A program made the translations under genes and the position numbers. A DNA stretch of 25,624 bases, from positions 1 through 25,624 of the IMG/VR virus record IMGVR_UViG_3300046804_003725, one strand, 5' to 3'. The notes beneath the pieces are model-generated. The model was not told the origin of the DNA, made no database searches, and was given only the letters and a program-made list of their open reading frames with translations. Source of the stretch: a virus (taxonomy: Duplodnaviria > Caudoviricetes). Of the stretch, positions 1-8,462 are shown piece after piece. Positions within the stretch are counted from its first letter, which is position 1, and the number at the start of each line of letters is the position of its first letter.

Positions 1-2289
1 GAGGACTCCCACCGCCGCTCCCAGGGCGCCAGAAAGGAAGCGCTCAACCGGGTTCCGCTGGGTGGCCTGCTGCCCTCGCTGCTGCCCGCCGCCCGATCGA
101 GGCTGAGCTGGTTGCGAGCTGGTCCCCGGCGATCGACTTGCCGTCTGGACGGGGGCCAGGCCGACCGACTGAGCCAGGCCCTGAAGGAAGGTGCCCACCG
201 GATTGCTGCTGACACTGGGCGCCTGCTGGGGGGCAGCGGACTGGGGGCCAATGGGACGGGCGCCGCCTCGCCTCCTCGCCTCCTCCTGTGCACGCTTCAC
301 CATTTCCTGATACGCCTTTTGAGGATCAGGAAACAAAGGCTTGCCGTTCGTATCCTTGAAACCCGCAAGCTGGCGAAGGTAGAACTTCTGCACATTGCGG
401 TAGTCGATTGGAACGCCAGCGGCCTTTGCAGCATTGATGACATCAGGCGGAAACACCGCAATGGTTCCAACACCACCAGTCCGATTCAGGTTGGCCTGCA
501 CCGTCTGCGCAGTCTCAAGCGCTCGCTGCGCAGGTGTGCGCATCTGAGGTTGATTGCCGGAATCACCAAAAGACTTGATCTTCTCTTCACGATAGCTGTC
601 AACAAAATCGCGGGAGAACTCGTAAGCCTGTGTATCAGTTACGTCCTTGCCACTTGTGCGAAGCGCCTTGATTCGCTCAGTCGTTTGCCGCTGAACCTTC
701 GACCTAAGGTCAACCTCAATCTGGCTGATCACATCACTGGCAGACTGTCCCGAGGAAAGCGTGATTCGACCAGACGCGACACCCTGCTTGAAAATCTGCG
801 TTGCGGCATTCCTGATCTCAGCCTCATTGCGTGCAATGCCGGTGTATGCCTGCGCCGCAGACGGGTCAGTGTTCTCTTGATTCTTCCCACGAAGATCATT
901 GGCCTGCTGAATAGTGATCCTCCCTGAAGCAGCCATCTGTGCAATGGCCCTGGACATAGCATTGCGATCCCTGTTCGGAGCATTCATCTGATCCAGCATC
1001 TTTCCGTACTCCACGTCTTGCTGCTTAGACGAGGTGTTAGCTGTTGACTGAGTTTGAGACAACAGGCCAAGTACGTTCTGGAATGCCTCAGGGTTTGAGG
1101 ACAGCATTGGCAGTGCATTGATTGCGGCCTCCCTTGCGCCAGGCGCTCCCTGTGCAATGCCGACCAGGTTGGGCATAAATGGCAGCAGTGCCTGCTTCTG
1201 CTTCCATCTCTCATACTCAGGCTGCAGATCAGCCTCCATCTGCCCAAGGCGATCTCTAATGCTGCCACCTTCGCCAATATCAAGCTCCCACAAGCTCACC
1301 CCATCAGCAGTCTTGACATCAGTGGAGGTGACGCCACGCATCAACTGAACCATGCTGAGCAGGCCCTCTACATCTGGATCACCATTTGCATCATTCTCTA
1401 TGCGCTTGCTTATGATTGCGGACTTCCAGCCATTGAACACAATCTGAGCAAACTCTTGTGGCGTATAAACCTCAGAGGCGAGGACACGCTTTAGCTCGCC
1501 CTCGTAGTATTTCGCTTGACCATCTCGCCATCTAAGTGCAAAGTCGACACCTTCTGGCGTTCCTGCACCGCCAGCACTTGCCAGGCCAGCGATTCTATCG
1601 TCAATCGCATTCCTGACTAGCTTGCTGTAGGCGTCAGAAAACCTCTCATTAGTGAGCTTCCTTTCTTCCTCAAGCCGCAGCGTGTAACCCTCTGCGCGAA
1701 TCCTTCCTTCACCCTCAAGAATGCCGGGAGTGTAATTCGCAAGGTATCGAGATGGAATTGCCGAAAGACCGCTCTGATTAAGAGCAGCCTCCTTTGCCTT
1801 TGCATCCGCTGCGGCAACTTGCTCAGGTGGCGCACCAGGCGAGATGAACACCCTACTGTTGCTTCTATTTGCTCTGTATATCTGCAGGTATTCGTTGGCC
1901 GCAGCCTGCGCAGTGGTAGTGCCAACAATGTCCTGCGCTCGGCCACTGAGGCTGCGCAATGTATCCCTGCCCGCCTGATCAGCTGCGCCATATAAAGCAG
2001 CAATGTTCGTGTTCTTATTCAGGAAGTCAGTGGCTTCAGTCTGCGCTCTTTCCTCAAGCGACTTCGCCAAAATTGGCCCACCTACCTTCAGGGCTGTATC
2101 CAGGAAATTGCTGATCGCAGCAGCATCCTGGCCCGCATTCCGCCCAGCCTGCGCAGGGTTGATGAAATCGAGCAACGGACCATTGGAAGTGACCCGAACC
2201 CTCTGCTCATCGGGCGATCCCAACGGCTGATATGGCTGGGGCAGCTGCAGCGCATTGACGGTGCTCGTCCCTGGCCTGGTGTATGTCAT
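1..2289 (-). CDS. Large probable internal virion (ejection, gp15-like) protein, 3' end truncated by the window edge (>=763 aa)
   Basis: ATG at 2289 preceded by in-frame TGA; frame reads MTYTRPGTSTVNALQLPQPYQPLGSPDEQ... and stays open to base 1 (...NPVERFLSGALGAAVGVL). It is absent from the ORF track because it has no stop in the window. Ala/Gln-rich helical character is typical of T7-like core proteins; the product is inferred. Confidence 0.7.
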   Translation of the reverse strand, partial: MTYTRPGTSTVNALQLPQPYQPLGSPDEQRVRVTSNGPLLDFINPAQAGRNAGQDAAAISNFLDTALKVGGPILAKSLEERAQTEATDFLNKNTNIAALYGAADQAGRDTLRSLSGRAQDIVGTTTAQAAANEYLQIYRANRSNSRVFISPGAPPEQVAAADAKAKEAALNQSGLSAIPSRYLANYTPGILEGEGRIRAEGYTLRLEEERKLTNERFSDAYSKLVRNAIDDRIAGLASAGGAGTPEGVDFALRWRDGQAKYYEGELKRVLASEVYTPQEFAQIVFNGWKSAIISKRIENDANGDPDVEGLLSMVQLMRGVTSTDVKTADGVSLWELDIGEGGSIRDRLGQMEADLQPEYERWKQKQALLPFMPNLVGIAQGAPGAREAAINALPMLSSNPEAFQNVLGLLSQTQSTANTSSKQQDVEYGKMLDQMNAPNRDRNAMSRAIAQMAASGRITIQQANDLRGKNQENTDPSAAQAYTGIARNEAEIRNAATQIFKQGVASGRITLSSGQSASDVISQIEVDLRSKVQRQTTERIKALRTSGKDVTDTQAYEFSRDFVDSYREEKIKSFGDSGNQPQMRTPAQRALETAQTVQANLNRTGGVGTIAVFPPDVINAAKAAGVPIDYRNVQKFYLRQLAGFKDTNGKPLFPDPQKAYQEMVKRAQEEARRRGGARPIGPQSAAPQQAPSVSSNPVGTFLQGLAQSVGLAPVQTASRSPGTSSQPAQPRSGGGQQRGQQATQRNPVERFLSGALGAAVGVL

Positions 2290-2346
2290 TCAGCCTCTTG
2301 CCGGATTGTTGCTTAAATGGTGTCAAGCTCTTCGCAGACTACTCGC

Positions 2347-2589
2347 ATGTCCCGCGCTTCGGAAGACCTGCTCGCCCAAATTCATGGAATGGTCGGCCAG
2401 GAATTGCTCAATCAACTTCACTCTGAAGATCCCATCGTTCGCGCATCTGCGCTCGGCCAGGCCATGCGATTCCTGAAAGACAACAACATCACCAGCACTG
2501 TTGAGGCATCTGTCCCCCTGCAACGGATCAAAGCCGCCATGCCCACCGCTGATGAACTGGAGAAACTCATGCAGTTAACACCCGATTGA
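2347..2589 (+). CDS. Terminase small subunit (T7 gp18-like)
   Basis: MSRASEDLLAQIHGMVGQELLNQLHS...AMRFLKDNNIT matches the T7-like small terminase pattern (A.E..L..LH..V...L ... A..FLKDN.I). Start placed at ATG 2347; the ORF track starts at 2317. Confidence 0.75.
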   Translation: MSRASEDLLAQIHGMVGQELLNQLHSEDPIVRASALGQAMRFLKDNNITSTVEASVPLQRIKAAMPTADELEKLMQLTPD

Positions 2590-2867
2590 CGAAACTTCCG
2601 CAGATTAAAGCGCCAATGATCCTGCTTGGGCTACTTGGCGTGCTACTGCTAAATAGTGTATGGGCAAACCGAGAAGCCCTTGTATTCTGCGAGAAGGCTC
2701 TTTACGGTGAAGTCAAGGCACTAAGCGACAAGGACAAAATGAATAAAACAATCTCATTCACGGAAGTCTGCCCGGACTTGCGTGCAAGAGCAGAGAACAA
2801 CCTGAACAAGTGGCTTGAGGTGATTCTTGCTCTTATGGTGCAGTTCAATCATCCATCGGGACAGTAA
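2586..2867 (+). CDS. Small membrane protein with two hydrophobic segments (holin-like position, function unproven)
   Basis: TTG overlaps the terS stop; hydrophobic MILLGLLGVLLLNSVW and WLEVILALMV segments; two Cys in the loop. Confidence 0.6.
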   Translation: MTKLPQIKAPMILLGLLGVLLLNSVWANREALVFCEKALYGEVKALSDKDKMNKTISFTEVCPDLRARAENNLNKWLEVILALMVQFNHPSGQ

Positions 2868-2870
2868 TCA

Positions 2871-3653
2871 ATGCTGCGACTCATTGACCAGGAAGATCCG
2901 GCGCCCACTCAGCAACCGGAACCTCAAGCTCCGATCGACACATCCGCGATGGAGGTTGATCTGGGGGAGCAAGCTGGCTTGCAGCCTCTACCTACTGGAC
3001 GAATGCTCAGGCAGGCGGGTAGGCCAATGAGCAACAGCGTTCCGCGCAGTGAACGCAGGAATCCCGTCTGGGGGAATCCAGACAGGATCAATGAACCCGC
3101 ACGGGGCAGATCACCTGCAGCACGATGGAATGTTGACCCGGAACTGCACAAGCTCACGATTGAGAGAAACGTGAAGGCAAGGGAAGCAATCCTCAACTGG
3201 AACCCACTTGAAGCAGAGTTGAAGCAGCGGTTCAACAATGCCAACACAAACCCCAGAAGCCGACTGGCAGCTCCATCACGCGAAGCGTTTGATGATGCGC
3301 TGAATCCGTTTGTAAGAAAGCTCCGCAATGAGTTGATTAGCGCAAACGCCAGTCTTCCGGGTGGGAGAAACGCGAAGATTGACCATGACGTATCCGAACT
3401 TGTAAGTGACAAGATGGCCTCTGAGATAAAGGGCCAGCTCTTTCGCTACCTAGATGCCAAGGCAAAAAGCAGCGGCAGAAGTGAGCTGGCAAGGTGGGAT
3501 CTGCCAGGTACGATGAACTACGAACTGCGCAAGATGGGAAACGACCTGCTTTATGAATGGAACGAAACAAGGCGACAGGGAATGCTGAACATGCTAGATG
3601 CGTCAAGAATGATGATCAAACCTGTCGAGCACTGGTCCCAACTGAAGCAGTAA
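2871..3653 (+). CDS. Hypothetical protein (260 aa)
   Basis: Long ORF packed 3 bp after the previous stop, ending 8 bp from the convergent terL stop; Pro/Gln-rich N-terminus and helical C-terminus. Confidence 0.7.
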   Translation: MLRLIDQEDPAPTQQPEPQAPIDTSAMEVDLGEQAGLQPLPTGRMLRQAGRPMSNSVPRSERRNPVWGNPDRINEPARGRSPAARWNVDPELHKLTIERNVKAREAILNWNPLEAELKQRFNNANTNPRSRLAAPSREAFDDALNPFVRKLRNELISANASLPGGRNAKIDHDVSELVSDKMASEIKGQLFRYLDAKAKSSGRSELARWDLPGTMNYELRKMGNDLLYEWNETRRQGMLNMLDASRMMIKPVEHWSQLKQ

Positions 3654-3661
3654 CGCTATTG

Positions 3662-5380
3662 CTACAACCAACTACACCCCCCTGTCCCTACATCAGCCAT
3701 CCTGGCCTGCTCCAGGCTCATCCCCATGGCAGCGCGATCCGGTGTCATCAGAACCCTGCCGCGCCAATCTGCAATCTCAGCATCGAGCATCTCGCTCAAC
3801 CTGGCGTCACGCATCACAAGCTGATCCTGCGCTGCCTGCTCTTGGAACCACTGGACGGCCATGGCCCAGGCATCCAATCGGTCATCGTGGAACAAGCTGC
3901 CCCGGTCAGCAGTGAGGCGGGTAAGCTGATAGAACAACGAGTAACTTGCCCCCCGCTCATCATTCGCCTGTTTCAGTAGGTCAGCATCCTGCTCAATGAC
4001 GCGGCGATCGACCACCATCCGATGCGTTTGCATCACTGGAGCCAGCGTGTCAATGATGCGCAGTTCCTTTCGCTGATTGCTTCTGATTGACTCGACTCTG
4101 CACTCAGCCTGCGCTTTCACCAGGAATGGTTTTAGCAACTGGGAGTAAACCTCCAGGCCACCAAAGTTCGTCTCCACCAGTATCTCGTTTACATGATGAC
4201 GCTTGGCGATCATCGCCAGCTTCTCCCACAAGCTCTCGCCAACGCCCCCCAGGCGACCACCGGACTCCATCAGGTAGTAGTTGCCAGCCCATGCCTTGAC
4301 CACCGCCCAAGCGAACTCATCACTGCCCCCGCCAGCGGGGTCCAGTGCCATCACCGTAGGCACCTCTGCCACCGGAACGGTGCCTTCCACCTGAGCTGGC
4401 CGGTAGAACCGAGGATCGTGAGCCATGCCGACGCAGGGCAGGTCATCGAGCGCGAGCTGCTTGGCCTTCTCATAGGTGACGATCTCTGGAAGGTGGCCAT
4501 CAATCGTCATCACCATCAAGTCGCCACAACGCAACGGATACCGCTCAATGTCAGAGAGCGTTGCGTCGAGGAGGAACTGAAGTCTCCATTGAGTCGGTGA
4601 CATACTCAGCTCACGCTGCCTCAGCTCATCATCACTGAAGCGGGTATCAGTGGGCCTGCCATTGGCTGCGCCAACACGCTTCTCGATCAACGGCGCCAAT
4701 GCACCCTTATAGGGAGTCGGATCGGCTGGCACCCTGGCTGGCCACATTCGCATGTCATAGTTCAGATCCCTCTGCAACGCAAAGTAGATACTATCCGTGC
4801 TGCTATGTGGAGTGCCAAGATACACAATCTCTGGTTCATCACCAGGCTTCAGAATTGCCTCCAGTTCATTCAACGAATTGCGCAACTTCTCGCGCTGCAC
4901 TTGAGTAAGGCAAGTCTGGGGAGTTTCTGCATCGTCAACCAGAATTGTACTTGCACGGCTACCAGTGATCTGTCCCGTAATTCCCGCAGCTCGCACTGAC
5001 GGACTCTGTTCAATGTTGCGGCAGGTTCCAACATCGAAGTTGATCCGGCTGTATCTACCATCGTGGCTATCAGGTTGCATGTGCTTCAACCATGGCACCC
5101 TGCCGATCGTCTGCAACATCCATGCCGTCATGGCTTCTGATCGGCTCATCGAGGCTGAGATAATCAGACACTTCTCGTCCGCATTGTGATACAGCTTCCA
5201 TAGCAGATACATCGCAGACAGTGTGCTCTTACCGCAACCACGGAACGCTGCAATCACCCGGCGTTTCGGTCCCTTCTCCAGGTAGTCACTGATCTGCAGC
5301 TGAACTGGCGTCGGTGTTTCTGCCATGTTCAACTCACGCATGAGCAACGTGATGAACTGCGGCAGAGGAATGTCGGTCAC
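3662..5380 (-). CDS. terL: Terminase large subunit (T7 gp19-like)
   Basis: Walker A AFRGCGKS, Walker B ILVDD, YLGTP motif, RNase H-like nuclease motifs ALDPAGGGSDE, ETNFG, HDDRLDA. Confidence 0.95.
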   Translation of the reverse strand: MTDIPLPQFITLLMRELNMAETPTPVQLQISDYLEKGPKRRVIAAFRGCGKSTLSAMYLLWKLYHNADEKCLIISASMSRSEAMTAWMLQTIGRVPWLKHMQPDSHDGRYSRINFDVGTCRNIEQSPSVRAAGITGQITGSRASTILVDDAETPQTCLTQVQREKLRNSLNELEAILKPGDEPEIVYLGTPHSSTDSIYFALQRDLNYDMRMWPARVPADPTPYKGALAPLIEKRVGAANGRPTDTRFSDDELRQRELSMSPTQWRLQFLLDATLSDIERYPLRCGDLMVMTIDGHLPEIVTYEKAKQLALDDLPCVGMAHDPRFYRPAQVEGTVPVAEVPTVMALDPAGGGSDEFAWAVVKAWAGNYYLMESGGRLGGVGESLWEKLAMIAKRHHVNEILVETNFGGLEVYSQLLKPFLVKAQAECRVESIRSNQRKELRIIDTLAPVMQTHRMVVDRRVIEQDADLLKQANDERGASYSLFYQLTRLTADRGSLFHDDRLDAWAMAVQWFQEQAAQDQLVMRDARLSEMLDAEIADWRGRVLMTPDRAAMGMSLEQARMADVGTGGCSWL

Positions 5381-5406
5381 AGAAAAAGCCCCGGTTTCCC
5401 GAGGCT
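5381..5406 (-). terminator. Intrinsic terminator immediately upstream of the terL start
   Basis: Minus strand AGCCTCGG-GAAA-CCGGGGCT followed by TTTTCT, then the GTG of terL. Confidence 0.7.
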
Positions 5407-5427
5407 ACTGTGAAATGGTGGCAAGGA

Positions 5428-5781
5428 TCAGTGGAGGCTCTTAATAAGAGCTTTCTTCTCGTACTCCTTCAGGCAGCGACTATGATTGAGAGTCCTGCCC
5501 ATCAGCACATACACCTTGTCATCCTCAAGTAGGCGCAGCTTGTCGGCAACTGGTAGATCAAGTTTGGCGAGGTGGCGCTCAAGTGAATTGAGCCACTCAC
5601 TGTTGGTTGTCAGGTTGCCTTCGGGTCTGCCGAAGTTTGCTTGAATGTGCTCGTCTTGCGCACTGAACCATCCATCCCTGCGGGGGCAATAGCGAAAGCA
5701 AGCGCGAGCTGCACGCTTCTGGAGTTCAGCACGCTGCGCAGCTCGTTCGGCTGGAGTGTAGATGGTGACTTGGTAGGCCAT
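5428..5781 (-). CDS. Hypothetical protein
   Basis: ORF MAYQVTIYTPAERAAQRAELQK... between a sigma70-like promoter and the terminator; start placed at ATG 5781. Confidence 0.7.
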   Translation of the reverse strand: MAYQVTIYTPAERAAQRAELQKRAARACFRYCPRRDGWFSAQDEHIQANFGRPEGNLTTNSEWLNSLERHLAKLDLPVADKLRLLEDDKVYVLMGRTLNHSRCLKEYEKKALIKSLH

Positions 5782-5809
5782 GAGATACAAGGTTCACTCG
5801 ACAACGGCA

Positions 5810-5838
5810 ACAGTAGCACAGTGTCAACTGTCAGGCAA
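5810..5838 (-). promoter_or_regulatory. Putative sigma70-type promoter
   Basis: Minus strand TTGCCT-17 nt-TACTGT, about 30 nt upstream of ATG 5781. Confidence 0.45.
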
Positions 5839-5843
5839 CACTG

Positions 5844-6056
5844 TTACAGTCTGCCTCCCGTGACCATCAACGTTAGCCAGTCCCTGATGTCAGCCAGGCC
5901 GTGCCCCAACAGGGTTCGATTGGCAAACCTGATGACTGTTTCAATGTCACTGCAGAACAGGGACGATGTACTGTCCCAGCACAGCAGGATCACTGCACCA
6001 TCGTAGAAGCGACACTGAATGGTGACAGCTCCTGCCTGATACTGCTGAATCCTCAC
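5844..6056 (-). CDS. Hypothetical protein (70 aa)
   Basis: GTG overlaps the methyltransferase stop (GTGA) and is preceded by a strong AGGAGGT SD. Confidence 0.65.
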   Translation of the reverse strand: MRIQQYQAGAVTIQCRFYDGAVILLCWDSTSSLFCSDIETVIRFANRTLLGHGLADIRDWLTLMVTGGRL

Positions 6057-6616
6057 ACTTCTACCTCCTCAGGTAACGAGTTGACATTCAGTTCATTGCC
6101 AAAGCAATGCCAGCCTGCGCGATGCCGCCGAGCAAAGTATTCAGCCTTTCTGGCTGTTGGATACATTTGCTCAATTCGGTCTTGCACCTCTTCTGGTTTT
6201 TGACTGTGTTTCCCCCGTGCCGCAAACACTGTCTGAACAACAGACTCTGATGCAAGCGGGCGCGGACGACCCTTTGCCACTGGTGACGCAGCGATCACCA
6301 GCTCCGTGATTGGCTTGACAATGGATGGCCTAACACCCTGCGCACCTATTGGCGTACCATCTTGCTTAGTCTTGATCCACACAAATGCAACACCCCGATA
6401 GTGCAGCCCTAGGTGACGGATGTAGTCAACCGCAAAGTCAAGACGTGGGCATGTTGCCCACATGAATAGCACGCCATTGGGCGTGAGCGGATATGCAAAG
6501 TTGAGAATGTCTCCATCGGACATCAGGCTGTACTCTTTAGCAGCATCACCCATGTTATGAGTTGAGCCGTAGTAATGCCATGGCGGATCAGTAACAATCA
6601 CGTCATAACAAATCAC
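6053..6616 (-). CDS. MT-A70 family amino (probably N6-adenine) methyltransferase
   Basis: YDVIVTDPPW catalytic motif, LFMWAT, FVWIK, HSQKP, EYFARR..GW..FGNE: the MT-A70 motif series. Confidence 0.9.
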   Translation of the reverse strand: MICYDVIVTDPPWHYYGSTHNMGDAAKEYSLMSDGDILNFAYPLTPNGVLFMWATCPRLDFAVDYIRHLGLHYRGVAFVWIKTKQDGTPIGAQGVRPSIVKPITELVIAASPVAKGRPRPLASESVVQTVFAARGKHSQKPEEVQDRIEQMYPTARKAEYFARRHRAGWHCFGNELNVNSLPEEVEV

Positions 6617-6629
6617 ACTTCTACCTCCT
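6053..6629. repeat. 17-bp perfect direct repeat (6053-6069 and 6613-6629) bracketing the methyltransferase
   Basis: TCACACTTCTACCTCCT at both sites (minus strand AGGAGGTAGAAGTGTGA = SD plus GTG/TGA overlap). Confidence 0.9.
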
Positions 6630-6963
6630 TTCTCAACCAGCGAGCAGCAGCAACACCAGCACCGACACGCTGTCCGTCCAACCAGTCAGCTACTGCATTG
6701 ATTGCAGCGCGAGCTTGCGTGTGGCCACACTCCGGTTCCCCGACAATGCAGGAATGAACCTGCTCTATCAACACCTTCTCTGATCGGGGGCAACTGGGAG
6801 ATGGTGTAGCAGTGGCTGCTGCAACCAGTGGCCTCAACTCTTGTAGCTCTCGATGGATGAACCGATCATCAGGATCCCCGTAGTCAAACTCCATAGCAGC
6901 CTCAACTGCCATCTCAGCAAGACTAAACAACCGTTCAATCAGCTCTTTCGCGGTAACACTCAT
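6613..6963 (-). CDS. Hypothetical protein (116 aa)
   Basis: Tightly packed between dcd and the methyltransferase; ends in EVEV like the methyltransferase. Confidence 0.75.
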   Translation of the reverse strand: MSVTAKELIERLFSLAEMAVEAAMEFDYGDPDDRFIHRELQELRPLVAAATATPSPSCPRSEKVLIEQVHSCIVGEPECGHTQARAAINAVADWLDGQRVGAGVAAARWLRKEVEV

Positions 6964-6966
6964 AGC

Positions 6967-7572
6967 TCAGATCCTGGCAATGGTGACTTCCTCTGATTGA
7001 TCCTGGTACTTACCACACCGTTGATCGTAAGTAACGAAACAGGGATCTCCCTCAAAAAACAACGCTTGCACGATCCCTTCATTGGCATAGATCCGGCAAT
7101 CAGCACCACTGCTATTGCTGAACTCCAACGTAAGATGTCCCTTCCATCCAGCCTCTCCAGGCGTGAGGTTAGCAATCACTCCCATTCGTGCGTAGGTGCT
7201 CTTACCTACAAACAAACAAGTGACGTTCTCAGGGATCTCCAGCCGTTCCATTGCCACACCCAACCCATACGAATGAGCAGGAAGGATGAAGTAAGAACCT
7301 TTCTCATCAGTGTTCAACTCAACAGTTTCCAGGTTTCTGGGGTTGAAGTCCTTGGGATCCATGATTGTCCCAGGCACATGCTTGAACACTCTGAAGTCCC
7401 TATCTGACAACCTCAAGTCATACCCATAGGATGAACACCCATAACTCAACACCTTTCTGGTGATGTCCTGGTTGGGATCATTCGTCAACACACGTCTGAC
7501 GATCTTCGGCTCAAAGGGAACAATCATCCCCTGCCTGGCCATGTCGTAGATCCAGTGATCATTCTTGATCAA
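6967..7572 (-). CDS. dcd: dCTP deaminase
   Basis: SYGCSSYGYDLRLS, GKSTYARMG, EAGWKGHLTLEFSNSSGADCRIYANEGIVQ, KYQDQ; resembles the picocyanobacterial Dcd type. Confidence 0.93.
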   Translation of the reverse strand: MIKNDHWIYDMARQGMIVPFEPKIVRRVLTNDPNQDITRKVLSYGCSSYGYDLRLSDRDFRVFKHVPGTIMDPKDFNPRNLETVELNTDEKGSYFILPAHSYGLGVAMERLEIPENVTCLFVGKSTYARMGVIANLTPGEAGWKGHLTLEFSNSSGADCRIYANEGIVQALFFEGDPCFVTYDQRCGKYQDQSEEVTIARI

Positions 7573-7847
7573 AATGGAACCTCCTCATTCTGCTGGAGAC
7601 GGTTAACAATCAGCTGTGAGTAACCAGCTATATCCTGCCAGCTATCAACATGATTAGGATTCCCATTGATGATCCTTCCAATCTTATGGAAGATCATATC
7701 GAGTGCTTCCATTTGATCCAGCTGTAGCCTTTCATAGCCAGTGCTTCCAATGATCACTGACTTCAACCCTTGGGTGATCTCAGAGTGACCCATGAAGTCC
7801 CCATACTGCGATCCCCTTTCCTCAAGGATCTCCTCCAGGCTTTGCAT
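7569..7847 (-). CDS. DUF6378-like small helical phage protein (nucleotide-metabolism associated)
   Basis: ILEERGSQYGDF ... KIGRIINGNPNHVDSWQDIAGY signature; translationally coupled to dcd. Confidence 0.75.
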   Translation of the reverse strand: MQSLEEILEERGSQYGDFMGHSEITQGLKSVIIGSTGYERLQLDQMEALDMIFHKIGRIINGNPNHVDSWQDIAGYSQLIVNRLQQNEEVPF

Positions 7848-7876
7848 CGCTATCAGCAGCTGTGAACAACACTGCC

Positions 7877-7905
7877 ATGTTACAGGGTCTGTTGAATGCT
7901 GTCAA
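7877..7905 (-). promoter_or_regulatory. Sigma70-type promoter for the DUF6378-dcd-MTase operon
   Basis: Minus strand TTGACA-17 nt-TAACAT, 30 nt upstream of ATG 7847. Confidence 0.7.
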
Positions 7906-8197
7906 CAGTTACCCGAGCCTTTGCCTTCCTTCTGGTTGCACTCTTCCTTGCCCCTGCTTTCTTCACAACCACTACCCCCTCCTCTATCTCCTTCTCCCTC
8001 TTCAACCTCATCTTCTCTTTCGCTTCTACATAACCAGGTGCTTCTGGTATCCCACCTGCCTCCAGGATCTCTGTCCAGCTCAGCCTCATCCCTGTCCTTG
8101 CAGCTCCCCGGAGGCTAACGCCTCCTCTCCTGTGTTTCAGTTTGTTACAGCATTCTCTAGGTCGCCTTCGGCGTTCAACCAAACACCAGTCTCTCAT
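7880..8197 (-). CDS. Hypothetical basic protein (start 8197 or 8089)
   Basis: WTEILEAGGIPEAPGY core followed by a Lys/Arg-rich tail; start uncertain. Confidence 0.55.
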   Translation of the reverse strand: MRDWCLVERRRRPRECCNKLKHRRGGVSLRGAARTGMRLSWTEILEAGGIPEAPGYVEAKEKMRLKREKEIEEGVVVVKKAGARKSATRRKAKARVTVDSIQQTL

Positions 8198-8245
8198 TGG
8201 CTCCTTAACATTTCCTTCCCTTTCTAGGATGCGTATGATCCCTGC

Positions 8246-8324
8246 GGCGGAGAACGCCGGGGATGAACCCCCGGCTCTAGTCCTCGTTCTCCGCCTCCGG
8301 GCTCGCCCGGCTAGGTGGAGAACG
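8246..8324. repeat. Three-part inverted repeat element with nested hairpins
   Basis: GGCGGAGAACG (8246-8256) and AGGTGGAGAACG (8313-8324) are both complementary to CGTTCTCCGCCT (8285-8296). Confidence 0.8.
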
Positions 8325-8462
8325 CAAGGCTACGGGGAGGCTCACCCAAAGGCAACCGGCTGTTACAGACACCTTTGCCTTGATCAACACCTCCAGACTG
8401 CGAAACATTCATCGCATTCAACTGTATCCTACGTCCATATCAACCATGAATCTCATGGGATG

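Noticed and set aside
112-927. 271-aa + strand ORF (and other short ORFs in 729-2230)
   Set aside because: Antisense or off-frame shadows of the long minus-strand ORF 2289->1; Arg/Leu-rich, non-protein-like composition.
2924-5189. Antisense and alternate-frame ORFs within the 260-aa gene and terL
   Set aside because: Fully overlapped by better-supported genes; no independent motifs.
6053-6616. Restriction-modification system
   Set aside because: No neighbouring ORF with recognisable restriction nuclease motifs or size; treated as an orphan methyltransferase.
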